Assembly (NCBI GenBank): GCA_965235115.1 | Contig: OZ249439.1 | Span: forward strand, 16,988,001-17,052,000 | Length of the DNA: 64,000 nucleotides | Direction of reading: 5' to 3' | Source of the DNA: Laetmonice hystrix | Lineage: Eukaryota | In this document: positions 1-11,857 of the stretch, piece after piece | Numbering within the stretch: the stretch's first letter is position 1 | Layout: each line of letters begins with the position of its first letter | Notes under the pieces: model-generated | Databases searched by the model: none | What the model was told of the DNA's origin: nothing | What the model saw: the letters and a program-made list of their open reading frames with translations, nothing else | Position numbers and translations under genes: made by a program

Positions 1-204
1 TACCCTAGTTAAATAAACTTCATTAGCAGCACTGCTCCAGAATCTAAGAGGATTAAGTGTTTTTTCCCCCCTGTTTTTTTAGGGGGTCACTACATTCCTT
101 TATAAGTATACCCTACATCTTAGATTCACTTGACAAAATGGTCATAACTTCGTCATTCGAATTACCACTTGAAAATGACAGGATATAACAAACATTAGCA
201 GTAC

Positions 205-1304
205 CTCTTGGAAAATCTCAGTTGCTGTGGATGGATTTTCTAGCAGGATGTTTCCCAGTGGTACTGTAATTCAATGAATATGAAAACATGTTAGTCTATG
301 CCTAATCCTTCAATTATATCAACTGCGATAATGGAGGCCATGCTATTGGCAACTATGCTATAATGTTAGCATATGATAGAACTGGTTCTCAAAAAATTAT
401 ACCTATATTTGCTGAAGTAAAAGTACACATATTTAATTAATCATTACCACTTAGTTCAGTGAGGTCTGCAGGTTCAACAGCAATTATGAAATGGTAGGCA
501 CGGTCCTAGAAAAGAGATGAATAAACTGATTTTCAGTTGGCATGGCTTCGTCCAAATTAGGAGGTTTTGTGAGAAGTCCAAATTTTCAGGGGCTGGATGA
601 CGTACATTTCTGCCCCTCCAGTATAAATATGGGGGGGGGGGGGGGGGGCAGTAGTAAGCAACTTTTATTCTCAAGTTTAAAAACTTGCATTTGTGTTTGC
701 CAAGTCATGGCACTGCTGTTTTATGGTGTTCAGCACTCCTGTTTGGTCCATATACTCGAGGGCCGCTCTCTGGAGAAGAAGTTGTGATTCACCTGTTTTT
801 ACCAGCATTGCGGCCAAATATGGAAGCATCCCTGAAACAAATTGAAGAATTTTCTGAGACTTAATTTAGAACTAGAAAAAGTTTTTTTGATAAAGTTTAA
901 AAAAAAGTAAGTAAGTTTGGCTATAACTATAAGTATACGAGTAAGATGCTGTTGTGACAGACTAGCCTAATTAGTAATTTTTGGGGAGGGGGAAAGAGTT
1001 GGACTCTATGTGACTATGACTGACTAGGCCCTATGACGTATGAATGATATCTGTGCCTCTGCTCTGGCTCTGTAACACACGTTAACTAGATCTTAAATTA
1101 TCACCAAGTAAAAGCCATCTAGGAATATTTTATCGGCTTACACCACAGGAACAGATTTCGATTTGGGGTTCTTGGAGACAATAATGCTTTGGAGGACGCA
1201 CTCATCAGACCCGATTCATGTAATTTCGACCACGCCCACTCCGACGCCCGACCGTCGTCTGCTCTCTGCTGTTCACGGCACTCGCTTCCGGTGGTAGCCC
1301 ACAT
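205..1304 (-). CDS. MCMDC2: MCM domain-containing protein 2 (meiotic MCM paralogue), 5' exons only; gene continues beyond position 1
   Basis: Phase-consistent exons 1304-1142 (possibly partly UTR), 831-689, 505-448 and 263-205 splice to ...QLLLQRAALEYMDQTGVLNTIKQQCHDLANTN|DRAYHFIIAVEPADLTELS|VPLGNILLENPSTATEIFQE. This follows the vertebrate MCMDC2 N-terminus as I recall it (KEAALIYLDRSGGLQKFIDDC...YRFKILINPSDVVELDAELGNHILHQPLKAAEVFQ). The true start may be the ATG at 829 or 808. Confidence 0.85.
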
Positions 1305-1991
1305 CGATGGTGTAGGCTAGTCAGCCTTGATCATCACGCCCTCTGTTGGTATACGCCAGAGAGACGGCGCCCCAGTTTGCTTCAAACCGTCACGTGCTGC
1401 CCTCTGTCGTTTCCCCCGATAGATAAGCCCTACGACTACGTTTGAGCAGAGACGTAGGCCTAGTCTATGGTTTGAGTGAAGCAAAGATCTGGGCTTAGGC
1501 TACCGTACGTATTAGGCCTAGGCCCTTTGCATAGCCTAGCTGCTACTGAACTGAGTCAATCTACGGAGCGGAATCCTACACTATGGCTGCAGCAGAAAGG
1601 TAGGCCTCAATTTTCCCTTGTCCAGTTCATCAAAAAAGGGCGCGTCTACAGCAAGCCGGATCTGTCTGTCTGCGCCTGCATCCATGGCATGGGTACTAGC
1701 TTTGCGGCAGGCGAGCAAAGTCCCCAACAATTATCGTTGGTGGGTCTTTTGGGCGAGTTAGGCCCAGAGATTGGTGCGGGGGGGGGGGGGGAGTTACAGT
1801 GGAGGGATCCAAGTCAAGTGTTAGTTAGGACCTAAAATTAAACAGCCTAAAAAAGAAATCTTTGGCACCCAGGGGCCGAGGGGGGTTACAGACACCCAAA
1901 ACTGGGCACGGCCCTGCTGAGGGCATCAGCATACGACGCGTTTCCTATGCTATGTCTAGCCGAGCATAGGGTTAGACCTCTAGACTCTATA

Positions 1992-2123
1992 NNNNNNNNN
2001 NNNNNNNNNNNNNNNNNNNNNNNNNNNNNNNNNNNNNNNNNNNNNNNNNNNNNNNNNNNNNNNNNNNNNNNNNNNNNNNNNNNNNNNNNNNNNNNNNNNN
2101 NNNNNNNNNNNNNNNNNNNNNNN
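1992..2123. other. Assembly gap (N run)
   Basis: Run of N. ORFs 1886..2134 and 1947..2273 span it and are artefacts. Confidence 0.98.
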
Positions 2124-2176
2124 AGAGAGATCATGCCTATCTTGTTTCGTTTGTTGGCACCAGAGGGCGTATGCTA

Positions 2177-2393
2177 CAGTGGCGGATCCGGGGGGGGGGT
2201 GTCGGAGACGTCCGGACCCCCCCCCCCCCCCCGCTCAAATTTGCCAAATAGGCCCAGATCTAGGCCTATATAATTTTTTTATAACCAAAATGCCTTCGGA
2301 TTGATTTTTAAAATGGACCACCCCCCTCGATTTGTTCCTTTTTATGCTGGAGCCCCCGAGGACCCCCTAATATAGACCTTAGATCCGCCCCTG
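2177..2393. mobile_element. hAT-like MITE
   Basis: Termini CAGTGGCGGATCC / AGATCCGCCCCTG are inverted repeats with 2 mismatches and G/C runs inside. No TSD recognised. Confidence 0.6.
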
Positions 2394-2613
2394 CTGCACC
2401 ACAGGCCTAGTGTAAGGAAAATAGTCTGCCAATCATGCAGATCCGCCCCCTGCTGCCCTATTACCTAGGCAGGTTAGACCCGGGCAGGTAGGCTACAGCT
2501 AGGTAGGCCTACATGTAGCCTATAGGCTAGGGCCTATGTCAGTTGTCTAAGCAGTTTATAAACAGGGAAGAGTTCAAGACATAAGGCAAGGTTTATGTGC
2601 GAAAGCTTCAGAT

Positions 2614-2754
2614 CTGGCGGGTGCAGGAGGGGGCGTGCCCCCCCCCCTTTTCATTGAAAAAATAGTTTCTATTGGCATGCACTCGTGTACGGTGATCACG
2701 GGCTAGTTCACTCTTGAGATCCCACGCCCCCTTCCAAAATCCTGAATCCGCCAG
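2614..2754. mobile_element. Short MITE related to the CAG(T/G)GGCGGAT family
   Basis: CTGGCGGGTGCAGGA at 2614 versus the reverse complement of TCCTGAATCCGCCAG (2 mismatches in 15). Confidence 0.5.
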
Positions 2755-3804
2755 GGCTGGGGCCCGTTTTACTAAAGAGTCGATAATTATTTTTCGTTTC
2801 AAAAGCCAAACGATTTGTTTTCTTTCGGGTTTAACATGCGTGGTGGGAACAACCATTTTTCACATCGATCTGCTAAACAAACTCTTACTAAGTCTCAAGC
2901 TTGTTTTATTGTTGTATATCAAAAAGTGTATTTCCTGTAGACATTAAGATTTCGTGTGGTAGGCCTACCAGGGTATAGGCCTATCATGAATGAGGCCCCC
3001 CTATAGATGCCGATAGTCTTTTAGTAGAATGCCTCAATGGACATATATAGCCTAGGTAGGCCCTAGCCTACGTGGCCTGTAGGCCCAAATGTATAAATAT
3101 CTTATCTAGGCCCACATACATATCAATACATTAGATCTATGCTGTTACAGTTTCAGCAATAAATACGATTTAGGTCGTCATTGCCATCATGGGACATAGG
3201 CCTAGTCTTCACATAATCACCATTAGGCCCTATAGTGTAGGAAGAACAGAATAGCGCGACATGGGTGTCGGAAGTTATCCGTATGCAAAGTTTGGAGGCC
3301 AACCTCATCAATCTTTTTTTTCAAACTCGGAGGGGGGGGGGGGCTTAATTATATAGGCCTAATCTGGCTCCCTGCCTCTAATATTTGGGTGATAGCGTCC
3401 CCCCCGGCCCCCCGACACTCATGACTATTGGGCCTCATTAAGTTTGCAATCCCGAAATCTGTATCCCCCCCCCCCCACCAAGAAAAGGGGGGGGGGGGGC
3501 GCCAAGTGACATTGGTTGCAAACGTTTAACGATTGGTATAATAATATAGTTTTAATGTTATATTTCGTAGTGAAGATATTGAAGAAATATTAGGATATGG
3601 TCCGTGCATTTATGAACAACAAAAAGCGATTCGTACACGGAACTGCCAGGCCTACGTGTCATAAGTCGGCCGGCATGGGCCTCTAGCCCTACCTTTACAA
3701 AAAGTACCTAAACTTTTCAAAAGCTTAGCATACAATGATCTATCGACATTAAAAAACCTCATGCAAGCCTGCTAGCATTTGTGAGGCCTACATCAATTCT
3801 TACA

Positions 3805-6800
3805 CTACAAGAAACGCCTCGTGTTAAGGTCCACCTTGAGTCGTTCAGCCATGCCAAATAAGCGAGCGCGTTTCCTATTCGTTCTTGAGCGACCTTTGCG
3901 ATCGTCAGCTATATGACTCTGTTGTCGTGACACTGACCAGGTATAGAGCTGTCCATCTACGGGGTTGTATTGGATGGTAGACAGGTCGCGAAACGGGAAA
4001 CGGATTTCGTTTGTTGCGAGGGAACGGCCCTGTTGGGTGCTTGTATCGTAGGAATATTTCACACGAATGGCATAATGACTGTCCAAAGCATACATCGTTC
4101 CGCACAGCATGAAAACGGGCCCCACGTCGTCCTTGGCTTGGTTGGTGTAGTACACATGACGTATGAACATGCCCGTGGGATCAAGGAGATAAATGGCAAG
4201 GTGCTTGCTACTGTCGTGCCCATAGATTGCCCACACGCCGCTGCTGTCAGCCGCCAACTGAACCGGCAAGTAGGCACCCGCCCAGCCTCTGTATGAGTGC
4301 CCAGCCTTCACGGAGTCTCCCGTTAACTTGACACGCTTGACAACTTTATCAGTATCCAGAGATATCTTGAGAATTGTCACGGAGTCCCCAGTTGCTAGGC
4401 GCTCATATAATGAACAATACATGTAATCATTGTAAACGACGGGGCCAAGTCCAGAGCAGGAATCAGAAAACTGGTGCAGACGAGAGCTGATGCGGTTCTT
4501 AAAGTTATCCTCTGAACTGTATTCACGAACAATATTCCAGTTGAGAGCATTTAGGGCCTCGATTGCCCATACCTTCTCAGACGGTCGTCCAGAGTCTTTC
4601 ATCCAGGCGCCAATGACGCTGTCTGCAGCGCGCCGAAAAACTTCACTTTTTCCTATTCTAGACAGGTAGCCGGGACACCCTGTAAGAGAGTGCCAAACAA
4701 TAAGGCATGATGTTGAACTGTTTGGTCAGCCCTGCAGTTATTCCAAAAGGACAGTTTCTTAGAAAAATGTCACAAGACAGAAACACGTGCCATCAGATAC
4801 CAAAACAGTATGCAGCTGTGAAGGCCAGCATGCTTTAACATTGCAAACGTCTCACAGTGATGGATAACAGAATGGATTTTTCCCATAGCCCAGAGTCGAT
4901 GAATGAGCTATTGTTGAAGCAAAAATTGATATCTAACGGTGCAAGATTCAGCTGAAAAAACATAAACAATGCCCTTCATAATGGTTCCATATAGATCAGA
5001 GGCCATATTTTCACTTTTAAGTCATAATGTTTCGAAGATAACGGAGGGAGATTTGCCGTTGAGAAAAAAACGATGGCACGTAAGCATAACTACTCAGTTG
5101 CAAACAGCTACCAGTAACCACGTTTTCAGTGTCGTTCACCAAGTCCCTATCGTTTAGTACACTCAGCAGCTTATATTAGAGGTGGCAAACAATGTGCAGA
5201 TGTAGACATTTGACAGTCGACGGCCGTAACGCAGTGCTCTTATGAAGTTTTTACTGAAGGTCTGCATAGAGCCACTATAACAATAAGAACATATATATCT
5301 TCTCTAGACATGCACTAAGGCATATTATGGAGCTAAAGTTCTGTATGTGAAAATTATACAGGCATAAACCCATTCGTAAGCCTATTCTACACGGACAAGT
5401 TTTCCTTGACAACTTTCTTTGACGAGTGCGTACAAGTTTTTGGCGCCAATGGTCAAGTTTCCTCGTTCAAAAAAGCGAGCACAACCAGTTTCCAACGAGT
5501 GGGAATTGACGAGGAAAACTTGTTACTTTTCCCTTTCTACACGGGCACTCTTTTCTCGTCAATGAAGTCTTGTCAAGGAAAGCTTTTGTTCGTGCATGTA
5601 GAAGAGGCTTTACTCACACCGGACATACCCCTGTGAAACATGCTAACGTATCCATCCATAAGTAAACATAGTGTTCTAATCTAAACTATATGATGAAGTC
5701 ACCGGTGCACACACAACCAAAACGAGTCAAACCAGGTGGGTGAAGCTAGGACCTACGTGTTTGTTGTGAAACATCATGGGTAGATGGACGATGGGCGTCT
5801 GCCACCTGACTACGGCTTGACCAGTGAGTATTAGTTGTGTCCACTTGTCTACGGTCGGTCTGTGGTGCCGCCGTATGAAGGAGAGTGGCAGCAGTCGTTA
5901 ACGATGTATGGGTGCCCTGATATCTATCTCGCCTTTGATCGCCCTTGCTTTCCCGTTTTGGTATTCTTTCCTTTCTGACGTTGTTCTCCCCTCTCTGTCG
6001 TCCTGAATGGTGGTCATGTCGGGTTATCAAGTAGGACAGCGGTTCTACCTCGTCCTCCGCATCGTCTGGTTTCCTATCGGCATCTAGGGCAGTTTGCTGA
6101 CGAGGATGCGTGACTGTCCTTCCGGTGCCACCTAAGCTCGTTGCCTTGGGTACCGTAAATGTCCTGTCTCCGAATCTCCTCTGAAAGTCAGAAACGGACA
6201 AATGCCTCTTGTTGTGTGTGCGTCGCTCTGCCTTCGGACTCCAGTATACCGCAGGCGTGCGTGTTGGCAGTACAGTATACACTGGGTTCAGGGGCATTTT
6301 CTGAGTGATGGGTGACCACCTTTTGGCGTCAGCAGCAATTTCAGAAGGCTCTTCCTCTGAAGGTTCCTCTTGAGAATCGTCTTCCTCAGAGGAGTCCTCC
6401 GACGTGTCCTGCTCTGAACTGTCTTCGGAGCTTTCTTCACTAGACTTCTCAGGTGTGGGCGTCAACCATGGCGAGACTGGTTTTGGTGCCCTTGCATATT
6501 CTGGCACATCTTCGTGTTTCTTGGGCAAAACCTCATTGTCCTTAAGTATATCCAGCGGCTTCATGACTCTCCTGTTGGTGGAACTATCGTGAGTCCGTCC
6601 AGGTGACGTCGTTCGCCGATTGTCGCGGTAATTTCCTGAGAACACGGCTTGCATAGGGGCAGGGGTTGAAGCGGGTGAGTAGGCGCCTCCTCTGCGACGA
6701 CCGAGCAACGAATTCACAACATAATCCATTTTGTGTTTGATCTCCTGAACGTCCCGCGAAAGGGTATGGCACTCGCGGTTCCTTTCTCCTGACCTAACGT

Positions 6801-7329
6801 GATTTTCAATCTGCCCAAGAACACGGTCCATCCGTTCCTGAGTCCTCTGCTGATTCCTATAGTCGGCACCCCTGTCTGGCATTCGCCTTTGGCGTCGCAA
6901 CTCAGCCAGCATGGACGTCATCGTCCCTATCTGTTTCGACATCGAATGAATCCTGTGTTCCATTTCGCGTTGAGATTGGTCACGGGACCTCATATCCCTT
7001 CGCACCAGTTCCATTTCATGTTGAATGATTCGCCGTATTTGTTCCATAGTCTGGTGGGCGCTCTCCTGTGGACGTTGTTGCTGCTGCCGCTGCTGTTCGG
7101 GACTCTGGCGCCTGGATGGATGACGGTGTTGTTGCTGTTGCTGTTGTCGTTCAAGTTCAAGTCGGCGTCTTTCTTGTTGTCTCAGCATATGCAGTCGACG
7201 TTGTTCTTGTAGTCGTCTCATATACTCCTGCTGACGTCTCTCCCGGAGGTCGCTTTGACTGGTCTCACTGATGACCAAGGGTATAATTAAAATGGTGATG
7301 ATACATGTCAGCTGCCACAGACGCGCCAT
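3805..7329 (-). CDS. Secreted olfactomedin-domain protein (about 815 aa: signal peptide, Q/R-rich coiled coil, acidic Ser-rich linker, C-terminal OLF propeller)
   Basis: Exon 7329-5757 starts MARLWQLTCIITILIIPLVISE (signal-like) and ends C|GTAGGT. Exon 4679-3805 follows the acceptor CTCTCTTACAG in matching phase 1 and gives R-CPGYLSRIG...GAWMKDS...GPVVYNDYMYC...LAADSSGVWAIY...FMLCGTMYAL...YNPVDGQLYTW, which are canonical olfactomedin motifs. 1573+875 nt = 816 codons. Confidence 0.9.
5378..5610. mobile_element. Palindromic MITE in the olfactomedin intron
   Basis: AAGCCTATTCTACACG (5378) pairs with the reverse complement of CATGTAGAAGAGGCTT (to 5610). The inner arms AAGTTTTCCTTGACAA..TTGACGAG and CTCGTCAA..TTGTCAAGGAAAGCTT are also inverted. 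Confidence 0.65.
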
Positions 7330-10300
7330 CTTCAGGTTGTGACGTTCGTCTAGAAAGCTATCTGGTAACACCTATCTCATATGTTGTATAAGAAATGGAA
7401 ATATAATCACCCGACTGAGGGAAATCTAAGCAGAGTTGTGTTGTTATCGGTTGAGATAGTATTGCTTCAAACATGTATATCTGAATTAATCGTCAGAATT
7501 CATGTCTTTACGTTTCTGCAAACTCAGGCCGTAAAGCGACTTCTAGTACCTCAATAAATGCCGCGTTAAAAGGTCTCGAAGCCGTCCCACTGTCTCGATG
7601 GTGTTGACCCTGTGGTTTTAGACAAGCACGTAATGTTTTATGTATACAGAACCTCTGCTTCGGTGGTATTCCGATCAAGGGTAGTGGATGGTTATAACAG
7701 GGCGACACAAATGGACCGTATGTTGCTGCACCTCTATGGAATGGCGATTGTAGGACCGGATGATTTCACTCAGTGTCCAGTGCGAAGCACATCATGAGAA
7801 AAGGCACCTCTGAGAGCCTGACCTTGCAAACGGAGCCAGACAAACACACCTATTAGAAGTGTACGTGGATAGGATACCAGATAGGATACTAGACTCTCCC
7901 CGTAGATGATAATCTTATGCGCTTGATTCTTCCTGGTGTTACCTCGGTAATAGCGGCGTCTTGCTGGTTGGTGGCGATGTAGCCAATGTGCTTACATCCT
8001 TATAATCAGTTTCGATCAGATGTCATACGATCGAAAGTTGTCACAAACTGTACCTTTATATCCCTTGATACAGGTGACTTAAAAGGTAACGTTTGTGTAC
8101 ACCAAATAGTAATTCTTATAAAAGTGCATACATCATGCCCTGGAGATCACCTCTGTACCCTTGTGCAATGTGCGTCGGGTGTGTCCGCGTGAAGCCGTCA
8201 CCAATCGGCGGTTTTCACGGGAATCACCAAGTTGATATTAAATCCGTGTGTTGAGTATCAATCCCAGACAATAGGAAAACAGACCCTGTCCTGTCTACAC
8301 AACGCACGGTGACTTATCCCATGTGTTTGTACAGGGGTTCTTAGCAGGCTTGCGGGGCGTGAAGCCGGCTGCCACATGTTCGGCCTCCGCGCCGTAAGTG
8401 ATGAACATTGCCCTGCAGTTAGCAGTGCCCGTCTGCCTGACGATGGGCCAGCGGGCCGGGAGGGAGGGAGCAGTCTGCCTGACGATGGCCCGCCCGGGAG
8501 GCAGGCGGGAAGACAAGCGCACCAGCCACGAACCACCCCGCACCACTTGGATGGCGTGTGCTCCGAGTTACTACAGGTACGGCAACACGTACATACAGCG
8601 TCGTCCTTATCCGTTACCGGATCTCCTAGGTGATCACCCCACTGGTGTTGTCTGAAGATGATTGACAGCCGAAGGTCCTGTACCTATCACTGACGGCGTC
8701 GGGTTAAGTGAGAACGTCAAACGTCAAATGCTGAGTAGCCTATCGTAGCTATTCCGCCATGCCAAATTATCTGGTTTGAATCGGGAATAATCCTTGAACC
8801 TTTTTGGATCCCTCTTTACTTACAAACCATGGTTCGTCCAGGAGCCGTTCAGAGGGAGTGATCAGGAAGGTCATAGATCTGTAGGCTATGCTGGAAAACC
8901 AGCAAGTAAATGCCAGGGTTGTTTCCACCTCAGAAATAATCTCACCTTCGGAAAACGTTTCTAAAAACGAGGGGCGCCAAATCTCCTTGCTGATGTGCAT
9001 GAGAAGACAACACAAAACGATGTGAAATACTCACAGTGAAAGGGTTTTTTCCAGGAACCGTTCATCTTTTGTGCGACCGACATCCATCAGTGTCGGTCGT
9101 TCTGCCAGCTGCAACTTAGTGGCAACAAATGCACTGTATATGGCATCCCACGTTAGGATTGTATTCTCGCCAAGTCACCTATGACTTCTGGAGACATGCA
9201 GGCGTGAACATATATAGTACCTTTATTTGAGTTACAAACAACTGGTTGCATATCTTAGATATAGTGTCAATCCAAAAATAACAGCATCTCCGTAATTTTA
9301 TACATGTATAACATTACAGAGAAATAGGTAAAAGAAATGGGATTGCTGAATTTTGTAAACACCTACAATGGAAGAAGGGGGTATATTCATGAGTAGGGAG
9401 TGAAGCATGCTAGTCACATACACGTTTCCATCACGTACACAAATCAAATAGGACGCTCAAGGAATATGGCAAACGGCCCGTTTTCAGAGCCGCCAGCAGT
9501 AAATACAACCTCTGTCTGCTCTTGCCTGTGACGTTATCCCCCCTGCCATCTGCGAAAGATGTTTTAGGCACCCTAGTCGAAACATCGGCACAAAAAGCCC
9601 ATTTGCGAAACATGAACAGTTACTCTAAAACATGCATCTCATATCCAAGTTTTCAATTTACTCTCAAACAGAGATTGGTTGACACAGACTACTGAGAATA
9701 CCATCATGATTGTCCACTCGCCCTTAAAAAACGACAGTTTCACAATGAAGTCATTCGTGGTGAATGAACGTTATCCCCATTTCAGTAAAGGCAATGGGGT
9801 CGGTCACCCCATTGCAACAGAAGGAATGTACCACATCGTGCATGCATAGTGTTATGTTTACCGTATTGGCAGTGATAAATTAAGGTACGGTGACCTTACG
9901 TACCTTTGGTAGGGGTATCAGGGGACACATTGTGAGTGAAAACGCTTGCTGCCCCCGTCACCCCATAACACATTTGTCAATTTAGACGAATATAGTTTCA
10001 AACATTGAGACGCGTCGTGTTTTCTGCGCGCTCTGACCACGCAGCATGCAGATGTTGCAGAGCTCATCGCATATAGTCAGACTCGAGAGATGTAAACGAT
10101 GGATAGGCCCTACGTTTTGTCGGGTCAGATTTAAAAGTCCCTTTTTGTTCGCTAGGGACAAAGTTGTTTGAACGGTTGACGTCCACTGAACTTCTTCTAC
10201 CATATTATGTCCTCACGCATGTAAGCATATATAGGCCTTTGTCATATGGAAGATTTTTGATTTTCTAGGCCTGCATATAGCGGCCATAATAGTACCAGGT

Positions 10301-11556
10301 GTGTGTGAAATGTAGAGGTACTAAGGCCGTGTTGTCGTTCAGAAATCAGCTATACCAACTGCCTGACATTTATTCAGTGTGTAGGCAAGTTTGCTGGTGT
10401 CGACGGTCGGCACTTATGTACCGTGAATGGTTGAAATAACGTCATGCTCTGGGTGGTTCCGCTTTATCGTTGTCATACCGGCCCAACTGAAGGAAACATG
10501 CATGCGCTTTGTAATGTATACGGGTGCATCATCATGCAAGGAAACTCGTTAGGCCTACTTTTAATGATTTTCATTTTATTGTCTTCTTGTGCTTATACTC
10601 CGCCGTTGATTCAAGTCGCCCCCAAGCCGATTTGTCCGTTCAGGAATAATGCCTAATGAAGAGTTTCCAAGTTGAATGGACGAAATGGAACGAGATTGCC
10701 TCAGAATATGCCTTTGGCATTATAGGGAAGTGCACAATGTACGTGAACAGCCTTATCCTGTTCCTTGAAAGTTTGCTCCAAAGCTGAGATGTTTCCTTTG
10801 TTAATGTCGCATTAAACAAGCATTAGGGACCTGAAAAAATGCACACCAGCGGTATTGTTCAACGTCCCTGAGGCGGTAAAAGAGGGGCGGGATATCGGGG
10901 CACCTCGCTCTAAGACATGGCTCCGATTTCAAGGATTTTGTCTCAGTACTCTGAGGATGTTTTTATAATTTTTTTTTATCTAAAACGTCGCATGTTTCGC
11001 ATGCATCATACGTCCTTGAACGCTTTCCAAGCGATGTTCGCCTTGTGGAATAGAGTTAGCTTCTGCAGAGGCGGCATGGGTTCAGTTATTTCCTTTGAAC
11101 GTGAATTTTCTTATCTGCTCATTACGCGCAAGTGCTTACCATCACTCTTGTTTAGCCACCCATTATGCGTACACATACAGTAGGGCACGTAGGTAGGCTA
11201 TGTATATGAAGGCCTATTATGTATATACGACACAACTTTAGGTTTACTAGAATGTGTACTTCAGGAAGAGGGATCTCTTGGTCTGTGTTATAATTTTTTT
11301 CCACGGCGTTTGCTCCAATTCTGTTTATCCAAGACGAGACTGTGTATGTTTTCGGCCATGCATCAACCTGCCGCATGGCCCGGAGAGTTAAGATCACACG
11401 GCATGTTTCCTCTACGTATAAATACCCAAGCCGTTCTCACCTATTCCGAGATCCAATTACTTTTTCAGGTCCGCATGACCAATAGTTGTGGAAACCGAGA
11501 TCTCGCTACATCCGCTGTTAAATAAATCTCAATCTCTCTGTCGCTATCTCTCTGTC

Positions 11557-11709
11557 CAGTGGCGCATTCAGAGGTGGTTTAGGGGGTAAACGCCCCCTTG
11601 GCAACCAATTTTTCTTTTTTCGCCATAGGACTTTCTGAATAATTTGACCATGCATGTTGAACCCCCTTATCAAATTCTTCCCTTAAGTTAACTCCTCCCC
11701 CCGTTACCA
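11557..11709. mobile_element. hAT-like MITE left end running into a gap
   Basis: CAGTGGCGCATTCAGAGG start resembles the termini at 2177 and 24915. The right end is hidden by N. Confidence 0.35.
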
Positions 11710-11857
11710 NNNNNNNNNNNNNNNNNNNNNNNNNNNNNNNNNNNNNNNNNNNNNNNNNNNNNNNNNNNNNNNNNNNNNNNNNNNNNNNNNNNNNNNNNNN
11801 NNNNNNNNNNNNNNNNNNNNNNNNNNNNNNNNNNNNNNNNNNNNNNNNNNNNNNNNN
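11710..11857. other. Assembly gap (N run)
   Basis: Run of N. Confidence 0.98.

Noticed and set aside
1476-1835. 119-aa plus-strand ORF upstream of MCMDC2
   Set aside because: GTG start, built from TAGGCCTA-rich and poly-G sequence, with no recognisable domain.
5406-5636. 76-aa ORF and an apparent minus-strand acceptor in the olfactomedin intron
   Set aside because: Lies in a palindromic MITE; all minus frames stop, and exons 1 and 2 already join in phase.
8760-9110. Three minus-strand GT donors with short open segments
   Set aside because: Implied introns are only about 45-60 nt and there is no homology. They could be olfactomedin 5' UTR exons, but nothing supports that.
9791-9910. Two short hairpins (GCAATGGGGT..ACCCCATTGC; AAGGTACG..CGTACCTT)
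   Set aside because: Stems of 8-10 bp with no Helitron CTRR end or other context.
10780-11400. Chain of phase-0 open segments on the minus strand
   Set aside because: Weak acceptors, an A-rich putative intron, and no recognisable protein.
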